From Candidatus Heimdallarchaeum aukensis (lineage in GTDB: Archaea; Asgardarchaeota; Heimdallarchaeia; Heimdallarchaeales; Heimdallarchaeaceae), in assembly GCA_021513695.1 (NCBI GenBank), contig CP084166.1, positions 2,752,001 to 2,816,000 of the forward strand: DNA of 64,000 nt, written 5' to 3'. Under the pieces are notes generated by a model. That model did no database searches. It was not told the DNA's origin and saw only the letters and a list, made by a program, of their open reading frames with translations. The position numbers and the translations under genes were made by a program. Positions 1 to 9,580 of the stretch are shown piece after piece (position 1 is the stretch's first letter; the number at the start of each line of letters is the position of its first letter).

Positions 1-182
1 ACTAATCCTCTAAGTCCTTCAGGTCTATATTTAGCACTTTCTTTAGGTATAAAGAATCTTTCAATGGAATCTTCATTGTAACTGACACTAGTTTCATATC
101 TACAAACATTGTTCTCTTTCTTAAAAAGAGGATTCATAGCTCTATCTAAAAAAAATCCTTGAATTTTACCAATGATTTTCAT
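1..182 (-). CDS. Hypothetical protein, N-terminal 60 codons only (gene continues beyond the window start)
   Basis: Open minus-strand frame from ATG at 180-182 running off the window edge (MKIIGKIQGFFLDRAMNPLFKKENN...); no recognisable domain. Confidence 0.3.
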   Translation of the reverse strand, partial: MKIIGKIQGFFLDRAMNPLFKKENNVCRYETSVSYNEDSIERFFIPKESAKYRPEGLRGL

Positions 183-375
183 TTTTACATTACTCGTTTT
201 TTGTTTATTTTCAACATAAATAATTCATTAAATTCTTAAAAATTTTTGAGGTAAACGGCTATTTTCTTTTTAAAATCTTAAATTTTGTTTTAACTTTATT
301 CTAATTTTGAAATGAATTAGATTTAAATGCTAGATATTAATAATCACTTACTCCTTGAAATTTAAATAGTTGAAA

Positions 376-1038
376 TTAAACTAATGAGGTATTTATTAAA
401 TAAGTAGAGAAAATAGCATTCATTAATTCATTTCTTTCTCTGATTAACTCAGTGATGATTTCTCCAAATCTTTCGTCTCTTATTTCTTCTCTAACTTCAT
501 TCAACAGTATTTCGTTAAGTCCTTTGTTTAAACATAAAGTTATTTTATTGCATTTATACAAGATTGCTAGTAATAGTTTGGTGTGCATGGTTGCTTTTTT
601 CGAATTAATTATAGTCTCTTGTAATTGATGCATTAGTTCAATTTTTACGCGTTCTTCTGTACAGAAAATTTTTCTTCTTTTAAAAAATAGAAACCTTTTT
701 TCAGATTTAGTTAGTATTCCGCTCTTAATCATAACTTCAATAAAAGATTCAAGTATTTGATTTGATTTTATGCCTAATGATCTTATCCAAAACCTAATAT
801 CGCTTTCATGTTCATTTTGCATTTCTTCAATAATATTCTTAAAAATAGGTTGTGTAGTTTCTGATGAAATAATCTCTATCTTATTATCATCTCTAATTTT
901 TATTAAGTTTAACATCTCTAAATCGATAATTATAGATGAAGGTAAACCATAAAAAATAAGGTCACTACTACTTTTTTCTATCCTTCCTCTCCTTTGATCA
1001 ATTAACAAGATTATTAACTTCTCTGTTAGTAATAACAT
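376..1038 (-). CDS. GPP34/GOLPH3-like protein
   Basis: Pattern LTEKLIILLIDQRRGRI ... LIFYGLPSSIIIDLEMLNLIKI ... DIRFWIRSLGIKSNQILESFIEVMIKSGIL..KRFLFF along the whole length matches the GPP34 family signature (LAEE.LLL..D..G.. / LaGA.L.EL...G.I / W...L......V...L...G.L....G.FLG.F) recalled from memory. Confidence 0.5.
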   Translation of the reverse strand: MLLLTEKLIILLIDQRRGRIEKSSSDLIFYGLPSSIIIDLEMLNLIKIRDDNKIEIISSETTQPIFKNIIEEMQNEHESDIRFWIRSLGIKSNQILESFIEVMIKSGILTKSEKRFLFFKRRKIFCTEERVKIELMHQLQETIINSKKATMHTKLLLAILYKCNKITLCLNKGLNEILLNEVREEIRDERFGEIITELIRERNELMNAIFSTYLINTSLV

Positions 1039-1730
1039 TCAAATTAAAATTAACTATTTCACCCTAATATATTTTGCTTTCTAGTAAATAAAATAATCGT
1101 AAAATTCAAGATTCATTAAAGCATCAACTAGATTTTTGTACGCTAATCTTGCTTATGAAGTAAAGGAGAGAAGTCCTGTACTACCCATCATTTTTTTTAT
1201 AGTTAGATTGCCAGTCCAGTTCTTGTTTTTGGCTAGTTTTATACGATTTCTAACTTGAACTATTTTGATGTATTCTAGAAAAAAAAGGAAAAAGGTAATT
1301 ATACTTTTGAACTATCTTTTGAGTAATAGTAAATATGAAATGAAACCAACAGCAATTGTTCCAATTACCAGGGCAACAATTCTTGTAGTCATGAAGAATA
1401 GAGCAGTAGCAAGAATTTTCCTATATGTTGTCTTAAGGTTACCTTATTGTATGGGGCACAATCTAATAACATAGTATGTTCTTAACTTTTTTACTAAGTT
1501 TTAGTCCTTTTATAGAAATATGTATTTTTAGCCATTAAAATCAGATCTCTAAATTAAAGCCTATTTTATACAACAATAATACTAAATAATCTAATTGTTT
1601 GCTATTTTTTGTTAAGCCATACAAAAAACCAATCTGTTGTTACAAGGATAGACGCTGTGATTCTTTAGAAGGAGAATATTTTTTTCTATTAAAATGGCTA
1701 AACTTTTTATGAACTGGAAGCTTAGTCAAG

Positions 1731-2762
1731 TTGCTAAGTCTCTTGAATGAAATGAAAAACGAAAGAAAGGTAAAGAAAATGGTTGAATTTTTAAAAGTGA
1801 AAGAAGGTAAAAAGGATAATGTTGATTGGGCTTCATTTCAATCCTCAAAGCGTGAGATAATGAATCTTTATTTTGAAAAGAAGTATGAGGAAGGTTTGAA
1901 GAAGTCCCAACAACTAATAGAAAAATTTCCAGAGTTTCCTGAAACTACATATTTCTACACTGCTTGTTTTTATGGATTATTAAATAAAAGAGAAGAAGCA
2001 CTAAATTCTCTTAAAATGGGTATGGAAAAAGGGGCTTGGTGGACTTCTCAATTTTTAAATTCAGAAACAGATTTGGATCTCTTAAAGGACGACCCTAGAT
2101 TTATTGAACTAGGAAAGAGAGGAGATCAAATATTAAGAGAAGAAGAGACATCACCTGAATTATTAATAAGTTACTCTGATAATTACAACTTAAACGAAGA
2201 GTACATTGTTTTATTAATTTTGCATTGGTTTAGTGGCAATAATCTTGAAACACGTTTCTTTTGGGACACTTTACTTAAACTAAGAAATGACTTAATACTT
2301 TGTTTCTTACAATCCTCTCAAATTTGCGGAAAAAATCGTTATTGTTGGGATAATTGGGCTATGACCAGAAAAGAAGTGCTGAAAGCATACAACTACTTGA
2401 AAACAAATCTTAGAATCAAAGAGACAATTTTAGCAGGAGTATCACAAGGTGCAACAGTTGCATTTAGAATGACATTCAATAATTTTATTCGAGCCGACAG
2501 ATTAATTTTAGTTATACCTTCAATTAAGTCGAAAGAGCAGATTAGCGAAATAATAGAAAATGTAGAACAAGATGTACAGGAGATATCTACACTTATTTTT
2601 GCTGGACAGAAAGATACATTTTATCAAGGAGCTCTTCAACTAGATCAGTATATAAAAGAAAAAAGACTAAAGAGCAAAATTTACTCCTACTCTAATTTAG
2701 GTCATTCAATACCCGAGGATACTATAGAAAAAGTAAATGAATTTATTGAAAAAAATAATTAG
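1731..2762 (+). CDS. Alpha/beta-hydrolase-like protein (predicted esterase) with TPR-like N-terminal region
   Basis: G-x-S-x-G nucleophile elbow GVSQGATVAF followed by a hydrolase-like C-terminal region; helical repeat-like N-terminus; TTG start chosen by track. Confidence 0.35.
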   Translation: MLSLLNEMKNERKVKKMVEFLKVKEGKKDNVDWASFQSSKREIMNLYFEKKYEEGLKKSQQLIEKFPEFPETTYFYTACFYGLLNKREEALNSLKMGMEKGAWWTSQFLNSETDLDLLKDDPRFIELGKRGDQILREEETSPELLISYSDNYNLNEEYIVLLILHWFSGNNLETRFFWDTLLKLRNDLILCFLQSSQICGKNRYCWDNWAMTRKEVLKAYNYLKTNLRIKETILAGVSQGATVAFRMTFNNFIRADRLILVIPSIKSKEQISEIIENVEQDVQEISTLIFAGQKDTFYQGALQLDQYIKEKRLKSKIYSYSNLGHSIPEDTIEKVNEFIEKNN

Positions 2763-2873
2763 TTAAATGTGTTTAGTTCCTCTAATCTCTTCGAGAGATA
2801 AGAAGTAATTGGTTCAGTCAAGCTTGTTATGGCAAAATTATTTAATGTCTTATGTTAGACGACTTGAAGTCAA

Positions 2874-3464
2874 ATGATTGTTAATGAATATGTTGTGATG
2901 AATTTTTTCCTCGAACAGATGTCTCAAGATAAAATTGCTTTTTTAGCAGATAGTCCAGAGAAAAAAGAAAAAATTCGTGAAAAAATAACTTATTTGACCA
3001 AGTGTAATAATCTTCACGATCAAATATTAGCAGCAAAAAGCCTATGGAAAATGCTCTTTGAGAGTGCAATGAGTTTTATTGATGAAAATAAAAGAGGTTA
3101 TGATGACCTTTTCTCTTACTTTGATGCTTTTGTTAATTTTGAAGAGTTGATTTTTGCTTCAGATTCGTTTTATAGAGATCATACTTTACATAGTCTTTGG
3201 GTTTATTTTCTTGGTGAATATCTATTTAGAGCACAGGAATTTCAACCTCTTTGGACGAATTTTAACTATCCATTCCGTGTTTTACTAAAAGCTCAAAAGA
3301 TTCTTGAACATTTAGATTGTCCTGAGGTTTTTGACACTTATTCAAAAACTCTTGATGCTATCATTCCTTTTATTAATTTTGAAGATTCTATCCGCTGTAT
3401 TGCTCCTCTAACGCATCATTTAAATTCTTTAGTGAAATTATTACTGATATTCCTTTTTTTTTGA
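2874..3464 (+). CDS. Hypothetical protein
   Basis: 196-aa ORF with codon usage consistent with neighbours; no domain recognised. Confidence 0.3.
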   Translation: MIVNEYVVMNFFLEQMSQDKIAFLADSPEKKEKIREKITYLTKCNNLHDQILAAKSLWKMLFESAMSFIDENKRGYDDLFSYFDAFVNFEELIFASDSFYRDHTLHSLWVYFLGEYLFRAQEFQPLWTNFNYPFRVLLKAQKILEHLDCPEVFDTYSKTLDAIIPFINFEDSIRCIAPLTHHLNSLVKLLLIFLFF

Positions 3465-3592
3465 ATATTTAGTTTCAATATCTTCAATTTGAAAGATTTT
3501 TTCTATTTTTTCTTTTTATATACTCTTTTTTTGATATTTTTTGAATTATTTGTAAAATCTGCCTATCTCTTCACTGTAACCTTTTAGAGATA

Positions 3593-4603
3593 TTGTTAAC
3601 CCTTCATATCGGAATATTTAAATTTATGAATGTATTTTTTCCCCCCATGTCGGATAAAACTCTATTTAAAAAACAATTATTGTTTAAGTATTTACCTGTA
3701 ACAATTTTACTTATTGTTATTGGTATAATCGAACTTCTTTCTATTCTTTTAAATTTTAACCGCCCACAAGATGCTCCTGAGCTGACATGGTTTTTAATTA
3801 TTATTTTGTTAATCGTAGGTATTACAGCAGGTTTTCTAGGCGGTATTATTGGTACTGGTGGTTGCAGTGTTATGCTTCCAATATTACACTTTTGGTTGGG
3901 TTTCCCTGCTCCACTTGCAGTTGGTACAACATTATTTGCTGTTATTTTTACTGCCATATCTGGTGGGTATGGACACTTAATCCGAAAAAATGTAGATAAA
4001 AGAGCATCCATTATCTTAGGATTATCGGGTATTGCTGGTGTCGCTCTTGGTTCTTGGTTATTTACTATGCTGACTGGAGAAAACACAGTAAGATATTTGA
4101 GTTTGATTCTTGGTATTGTTTTTATATGGCCCGCAATTAGGATGACTTGGGAAGGAATAAGGGGCAAGATAATAGATAAAAAAGGTTCTACGGAAATAAA
4201 AACAGAGACTAAAGAGCAGGTAATTAAAGGATCAGTTAAATGGTTAAGTGTATTTGGTTTTATTATTGGAATAACTACTGGCTTAATTGGTCTTGGAGGT
4301 GGTTATGCTCTTGTTCCTGGACTTATATATCTGTTTGGAGCACCTGTTTATATAACAATGGGTACTTCTTTGGCTATTATGATACCTTTAGCTTTAACTG
4401 GTGGGTTGATTAAATTATTCCAAGGATATGTTGTTCTTGACGCCGCTCTGCTTCTTGCAGCAGGAACAATTATTGGTGCTCAAATAGGTTCTGCTGTGAT
4501 TAAAAAATTCAGACCTTATTACTTGAAGCTCATATTTGGTCTGTATTTTGTTTACGTTTCATTAAAGTTCATATTCTGCTTTTTTGGTTTGAGAATATGG
4601 TAA
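3593..4603 (+). CDS. TSUP/TauE-SafE family membrane exporter (DUF81)
   Basis: Two internal repeats with the Gly-rich family motif (GFLGGIIGTGGCSVMLPILHFWLG and GLIGLGGGYALVPGLIYLFG), about 8 TM helices; true start may be an internal Met (for example MSDKT). Confidence 0.6.
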   Translation: MLTLHIGIFKFMNVFFPPMSDKTLFKKQLLFKYLPVTILLIVIGIIELLSILLNFNRPQDAPELTWFLIIILLIVGITAGFLGGIIGTGGCSVMLPILHFWLGFPAPLAVGTTLFAVIFTAISGGYGHLIRKNVDKRASIILGLSGIAGVALGSWLFTMLTGENTVRYLSLILGIVFIWPAIRMTWEGIRGKIIDKKGSTEIKTETKEQVIKGSVKWLSVFGFIIGITTGLIGLGGGYALVPGLIYLFGAPVYITMGTSLAIMIPLALTGGLIKLFQGYVVLDAALLLAAGTIIGAQIGSAVIKKFRPYYLKLIFGLYFVYVSLKFIFCFFGLRIW

Positions 4604-4855
4604 AAATTAATCAAAATTTAAATATTCTTTTTTTTCTTTTCATTAATAATAATTAAAATGATTAACAGTGTATTTTTGAGTTGAAAAATTACTAAATATC
4701 TGATTATTTAACGTTTTTAACGATTATACATTTTTAGGTACGCTGCAGGTTCTTTTTCTCATTATCAATTAGAATCTCAAAATTTTTTTGTAATTATTAA
4801 GTTGATGAAATAGTTTAATAGAAAAAGGATTCGAATATACTATAAAAATTGATTT

Positions 4856-5977
4856 TCACATTTTCTTTTGGCCATCTATTAACATAAGTACACTTTGTTC
4901 TTTGGGTTTTTCATAGCCCCATTTGTTAATAAATTGCTTCCAACGAGAGTAGATCTTTAATTTATCTGCTTCTGATATTCGATATGAACCTGGTTTGTAA
5001 TCTTTTGTTTTTTCTAAATATTTGTCAAACATGGGTTTAGCATCGTTAAATCCTGGTAAAGATAAATCTTGATAAATTCCTTCTAATACTTTAATCGGAT
5101 TCTTTACAAATTCTTCGTATCTAATTTCAACATAGTTCTCTTTAGGTATTAAATCTAAATCTTGGTAAAACTTGTTGTACATCTGCTCAAAGTTTGATAG
5201 AACGAACTCATCTAGGTCTTCTTCTCTTTCTTGTAATTGAAGCAAACTAATAAGTTTCTTGTGCATTCTTTTTGTTGAAAAGAAAACTTTGTATGGATCT
5301 CTAATTATATGGATAAATTTAGCTTTAGGAAAAAGTTCTGTTAGCAAATCTACCCTTGCAGTATCAATTGGACTTTTCATTACTAGTGTTTTATCTTGCT
5401 TCTTAATTTCTAGTTTTTTGATCAAATAAAGAATACTTCTTTTTAGTTTTCTTTTCTCTTTTTTTGAGACATTCTTGAAAGTTACATACCTGTTGTAATA
5501 GTCTTGATTAGTTGGAAAATAAGCTCCGGTATAAGGAGACATTGTACAAAGATTAGCTATCGCGAAATCATGTTCACTTGGAGAATCAGCTTTAATTTTC
5601 ATATTATCTTGCGGTCTTTTTTCAGGTAAAAATAAAGATAAAAGCCAATTAAAGAAACGAGAAAAACCTAGAAAATAATAGGGAAAGACACTTTCAGTTA
5701 AAGTTATGAATTCGTGTTGGGGGTCACTTACTAATAATTCGTGCAAAAATGTAGTCCCTGTTCTCCAATGACCTAGTATAAAAATTGGTTGTTTCTTTAT
5801 TTTATGCTTAGATATTTTGCGATCAAAAAGAATCTTTTCTATGAGTATTAAAGGACTAAAAATAAATGTAAGAAAAGTTATAATTATTGCTCTTAAGCTG
5901 TATTTCCATGAGATTTTAAATCTATTTTCAAAAAGCAATTTCATCCATTTAGCAAAACTAGTTCCAACTACAAACAT
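4856..5977 (-). CDS. Membrane-anchored sulfotransferase
   Basis: N-terminal TM helix; PAPS 5'-phosphosulfate-binding loop ILGHWRTGTTFLHELL; 3'-phosphate-binding motif FIHIIRDPYKVFFS; paralog of 22063..23238. Confidence 0.6.
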   Translation of the reverse strand: MFVVGTSFAKWMKLLFENRFKISWKYSLRAIIITFLTFIFSPLILIEKILFDRKISKHKIKKQPIFILGHWRTGTTFLHELLVSDPQHEFITLTESVFPYYFLGFSRFFNWLLSLFLPEKRPQDNMKIKADSPSEHDFAIANLCTMSPYTGAYFPTNQDYYNRYVTFKNVSKKEKRKLKRSILYLIKKLEIKKQDKTLVMKSPIDTARVDLLTELFPKAKFIHIIRDPYKVFFSTKRMHKKLISLLQLQEREEDLDEFVLSNFEQMYNKFYQDLDLIPKENYVEIRYEEFVKNPIKVLEGIYQDLSLPGFNDAKPMFDKYLEKTKDYKPGSYRISEADKLKIYSRWKQFINKWGYEKPKEQSVLMLIDGQKKM

Positions 5978-6163
5978 TTTCTCTCTTCCAGCTCTTTCTT
6001 CTAATTAAACAATGGTGTGAAAATACATGATACTTTGTGTGAAACGAAGATTGTGTTTATAAAGCTCTGAGTGAAACAATGATATTTACATGAAAATAAT
6101 AAATTCTGGTAAGAATCATTCAATAATTAAAATGACCTTTAGGCTTTTACCATTTCTTTCTTT

Positions 6164-7039
6164 CTAATCTCTAAGTGAAAATTTGCAGTTAGTGTCTCCT
6201 TTTGCTCTACATTCTGTCTCGCTTACATTTATTTTAGGGTTGTTTAATGCACCCTCAATGAAACCTGTAAAAAAGTCGCACATTGGTTCATCTGATGAGT
6301 AACCTCTACATATTGGGCAGAGTTTCATTACAAATTGATTGTTTTTTTCATCGAAGTCTACTACTGAAATTTCGGATAGCAAATTATAAACATCTTTAGG
6401 GCTAATTACAAGTTTCTTTGAGTAATTTTTTTTAGCTAGCTTATAGCCAAAATATTTTCCAATAGATTCTAGCACATTTTTCTTTATATTTTCATCGTAC
6501 TTAGAATATAGTTCTCTTGCTAACTTTACTGTTCGTTCAGGATAATCATCTAGTAAACCCTTCTCCAGTTCTACTGATTCGAGTAATATAGTTAATGGTA
6601 AATTAGGATCAAAGATATTAAAAAATTCAGGGTTGGTTTGATAAAGATGATATAATTGGTCGTATAATTTTTGAGCCTTTACACCAAAAGTCTCAAAAAT
6701 AGATTTTTCAATATAAGTAATATCTTGGGTTTCAAAGAAATATGAAAAATCTTTCAAAAATTCAATTTCTATTTGCTTAACAAGAAATTGCCCCAACTTT
6801 ACATCTTCTTTTTCAAAGGCATGAACAACAAAAATCAATCCATGCTTTGATGAATAAATGAGGGTTCCATCTTCTGTTTGAATAGCGTAAAGGTTTGAAT
6901 GACCTAATTCTTTTAAGAATAGATCGATTGCACTAGAAACGCCAGCAAAAAGAATTTCATCAATATCTTGTTTTTTGTCAATTGAGAATTTGAATACTGG
7001 TAACCCTGTTAAATGAAAGATGTAAACAGCTTTAATCAT
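6164..7039 (-). CDS. Roadblock/longin-like N-terminal domain protein with C-terminal V4R-type Cys cluster
   Basis: N-terminus MIKAVYIFHLTGLPVF resembles roadblock/longin folds; C-terminus CPICRGYSSDEPMCDFFTGFIEGALN...CRAKGDTNCKF resembles the V4R (Bet3-like) domain; assignment tentative. Confidence 0.4.
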   Translation of the reverse strand: MIKAVYIFHLTGLPVFKFSIDKKQDIDEILFAGVSSAIDLFLKELGHSNLYAIQTEDGTLIYSSKHGLIFVVHAFEKEDVKLGQFLVKQIEIEFLKDFSYFFETQDITYIEKSIFETFGVKAQKLYDQLYHLYQTNPEFFNIFDPNLPLTILLESVELEKGLLDDYPERTVKLARELYSKYDENIKKNVLESIGKYFGYKLAKKNYSKKLVISPKDVYNLLSEISVVDFDEKNNQFVMKLCPICRGYSSDEPMCDFFTGFIEGALNNPKINVSETECRAKGDTNCKFSLRD

Positions 7040-7097
7040 TGATAATCTACTTTTCTTATGCTGCTTTTTTACTTTTTGGTTTTTTTTGTTTGTTAAA

Positions 7098-7457
7098 TCA
7101 TTCTTCTCCTAGTAATCTTTTTGATAATTGATAAAATTGGAAAAACATAACCACTAGTAAAATAATTGCTATTACCATTAAACCTAATTTGGTTGGTTTC
7201 CAAATTTGGTCATAAAAGGATTTTGGGTTAAACCAGAAAAACTCATCATAAGCATTCATTAATGAACTGAGTGTTCCAAGTATTCCAAAACTTAATAGTG
7301 GATAGAAAATTTTCTTTTTTTCAAAAAGTGGAAAACGTTTTCTAAGTATAAATATTATAACTACTAAAAAAATAAAAGTAACAAATAGCAATACATCAAA
7401 AATTGCCTTCAAAATAGCTAAAATATTATCAGGCAAGTGAAGAATTACTGAAACCAT
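7098..7457 (-). CDS. Small membrane protein (3 predicted TM)
   Basis: Hydrophobic 119-aa ORF, tightly packed after 7459..7788. Confidence 0.3.
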   Translation of the reverse strand: MVSVILHLPDNILAILKAIFDVLLFVTFIFLVVIIFILRKRFPLFEKKKIFYPLLSFGILGTLSSLMNAYDEFFWFNPKSFYDQIWKPTKLGLMVIAIILLVVMFFQFYQLSKRLLGEE

Positions 7458-7458
7458 T

Positions 7459-7788
7459 TCATAAACCCCATTGTTTTTTTCCTTCAGTAGAAGTTAACAG
7501 TAATCCAATTGCAATTAAAGCTATTGCAGTGAAAAAGAATAGTCCGTCAAAAAGATCGAACCAATCACTCAAATTTCCAAAATCAAATGTGTCAAAGATA
7601 TCGAACAAACTATGTAAAATCCCACAAAATAAACCAACTTGAATAACAATCCAACTCTTTGTGCGAGAAATTTTAGGATAGTTTTTACTTAATATTGAAG
7701 TCATAAAGAATGATGTTGAAAAACCTAAAAATGAAATTATTTCAAATATGAATAAATAAATGTCTGGAGCTTCAAATATTGCCATCAA
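7459..7788 (-). CDS. Small membrane protein
   Basis: Hydrophobic 109-aa ORF adjacent to 7098..7457. Confidence 0.3.
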   Translation of the reverse strand: MMAIFEAPDIYLFIFEIISFLGFSTSFFMTSILSKNYPKISRTKSWIVIQVGLFCGILHSLFDIFDTFDFGNLSDWFDLFDGLFFFTAIALIAIGLLLTSTEGKKQWGL

Positions 7789-8194
7789 ACAAAATGTCTT
7801 ATCCTTATTTTTAAGATTTTTGGGTTCAAGAATTAAAAAATGAAAAAAAGCGATGAAATTTTTGGTAAATTCTCGAATTTTTTAAACTTATATCTCCACG
7901 AATTCTATTGCTTGATATAACAATTCTTTTCTTAACGCTTTCCAAAAAGAATTTCAAAGGTTTTATTTTCTCTTCATTATTTTTATCGGTTCTTCACAAC
8001 ATTTAAATATGCAACTGTAAAAATTACTCGTCGATTGTGTGCAGTTGTGTCATTAGTGCGCACAAAGTGCATAACCATGCACAGCGGTTCTAGATAGACA
8101 CTCTGTACAGACAAAATAAGAATAATTGTGAATAGAATGATGAAAACGGAAAGAAATTCTGACTTCTTCTATAATTTATTTTTTGGTGATAACA

Positions 8195-8728
8195 ATGGTT
8201 AATGTTTATGCAATTGACTATATCATTATGGCTGTGCTTATTATAATAAGCGCAATAATGGCTCTAGAAGCAAGAGAAATAGTCTATGCAATTTTTTTCT
8301 TTGACCTGTTTACAATAGGCATTGGAGGAATGTTTCTTTTATTCAACGCTGGTTATGTGGCAATGTTTCAGTTGGCAGTCTATGCTGGTGCTGTGGCAGT
8401 AACAGTGTTGTTTGCAGTAATGCTTACAAGACGAACTGCGACAGGAAAAGAAATTATCTCTTTTGCATCAATACGAAATAAAATTGCAAGTCTTGTTTTA
8501 GCTCTCAGCATTGCAGCATTAATGCTTATTCTAGTTTCGAGATATGATTGGGCTACTCCTGCTGGTGATTATCCTGATCCATTAGGTGGTGGAGCGATAT
8601 TTACAAGTATAGTTACGAACTATGTTGTACCTTTTCTAGGAATTAGTCTAATTCTTGCTGCTTCTTTGGTAGGAAGCGTTGCATTGCTAAGAGAAGAGAG
8701 AAGTAAAAAGGAGGTTGCCAGTAAATGA
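8195..8728 (+). CDS. nuoJ: Complex I subunit J
   Basis: MFQLAVYAGAVAVTVLFAVML is a NuoJ-type motif; first gene of operon. Track start 8183 is a TTG; ATG at 8195 preferred. Confidence 0.8.
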   Translation: MVNVYAIDYIIMAVLIIISAIMALEAREIVYAIFFFDLFTIGIGGMFLLFNAGYVAMFQLAVYAGAVAVTVLFAVMLTRRTATGKEIISFASIRNKIASLVLALSIAALMLILVSRYDWATPAGDYPDPLGGGAIFTSIVTNYVVPFLGISLILAASLVGSVALLREERSKKEVASK

Positions 8729-9087
8729 CAGCAGTTCCAACAGAGTGGACAGTTTATTTGTCAGTAGTAATTTTGTCGATAGGTCTCTATGGTATTTTTA
8801 CTAGACGAAGTATGATACGCATTCTCCTTGGAGTAGAATTAATTTTAGGTGCAGCGACGCTGAATTTTATTGTATTTTCAATGTCTGTGCTAAATGGAGA
8901 TGTAGTAGGTCACATTCTGACCTTATTCGTTATAGCTCTAGCTGCAGCTGAAACAATTATCGGGTTAATCTTGCTTATTATGCTTTACAAAGATGTTGGC
9001 TCTATTGACATTTCTTTAGCAAGTGATGTAAAAGCGGAAGAGCAAGATGAAAATAAATTAACAAGAGGTGAAAAAGAAGATGGGTAA
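8725..9087 (+). CDS. nuoK: Complex I subunit K
   Basis: LSVVILSIGLYGIFTRRSMIRILLGVELILGAATLNFIVFS is a canonical NuoK motif; AGGAGG RBS; start overlaps nuoJ stop. Confidence 0.85.
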   Translation: MTAVPTEWTVYLSVVILSIGLYGIFTRRSMIRILLGVELILGAATLNFIVFSMSVLNGDVVGHILTLFVIALAAAETIIGLILLIMLYKDVGSIDISLASDVKAEEQDENKLTRGEKEDG

Positions 9088-9580
9088 ATTTGCAGATTTT
9101 TTTAAGAAATGGGCTCGTAGTTCCTCTATTTGGCCCGTCAGATATTGTGTAGCCTGCTGTTCTACAGAAATGGCGGCAGCAATGGCTTCAAGATTTGATA
9201 TGGAACGTTATGGTGTGATGCCAGTTTGGGGACCTCGTCAAGCTGATTTTCTCATGATTGGTGGAATTGTTACTAAAAAAGCAGCAACAAGAATAAAAAC
9301 AATTTATGAGCAAATGCCTGAACCGAAGTATGTACTAGCTTTAGGTGCTTGTACAAGTGGTGGAGGACCTTATTATGATAGTTACAATGCAGTTCAAGAT
9401 GTAAGTGAGATTGTTCCTATTGATGTATATGTTCCTGGTTGCCCTCCTAGACCAGAAGCAATCCTAAGAGGAATTGAGATGATACAAGAAATGATTAAGA
9501 AAGGAATTAGAGCTGATGCTCCTCTACAAGTCGATGAAAAGACCAAATTGAAGGAGGTTCTAAAGTCATATGAACGTTGA
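9080..9580 (+). CDS. nuoB: Complex I subunit B (20 kDa, N2 cluster)
   Basis: CCSTEMAA..., GACTSGGGPY, PGCPPRPEA motifs; GGTGA RBS before ATG at 9080. Confidence 0.9.
   Translation: MGKFADFFKKWARSSSIWPVRYCVACCSTEMAAAMASRFDMERYGVMPVWGPRQADFLMIGGIVTKKAATRIKTIYEQMPEPKYVLALGACTSGGGPYYDSYNAVQDVSEIVPIDVYVPGCPPRPEAILRGIEMIQEMIKKGIRADAPLQVDEKTKLKEVLKSYER

Noticed and set aside
1265-1474. 69-aa ORF in the intergenic region upstream of the esterase-like gene
   Set aside because: No RBS, low-complexity basic/hydrophobic translation, sits in a likely promoter/UTR region
3604-4167. 187-aa minus-strand ORF antisense to the TSUP transporter gene
   Set aside because: Entirely inside a well-supported plus-strand membrane-protein gene; Pro/Ile-rich low-complexity translation typical of antisense reading of a TM-coding region
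8021-8110. GC-rich island upstream of nuoJ examined as a tRNA
   Set aside because: No acceptor/T-arm pairing or conserved T-loop; kept instead as a candidate regulatory/ncRNA element in findings
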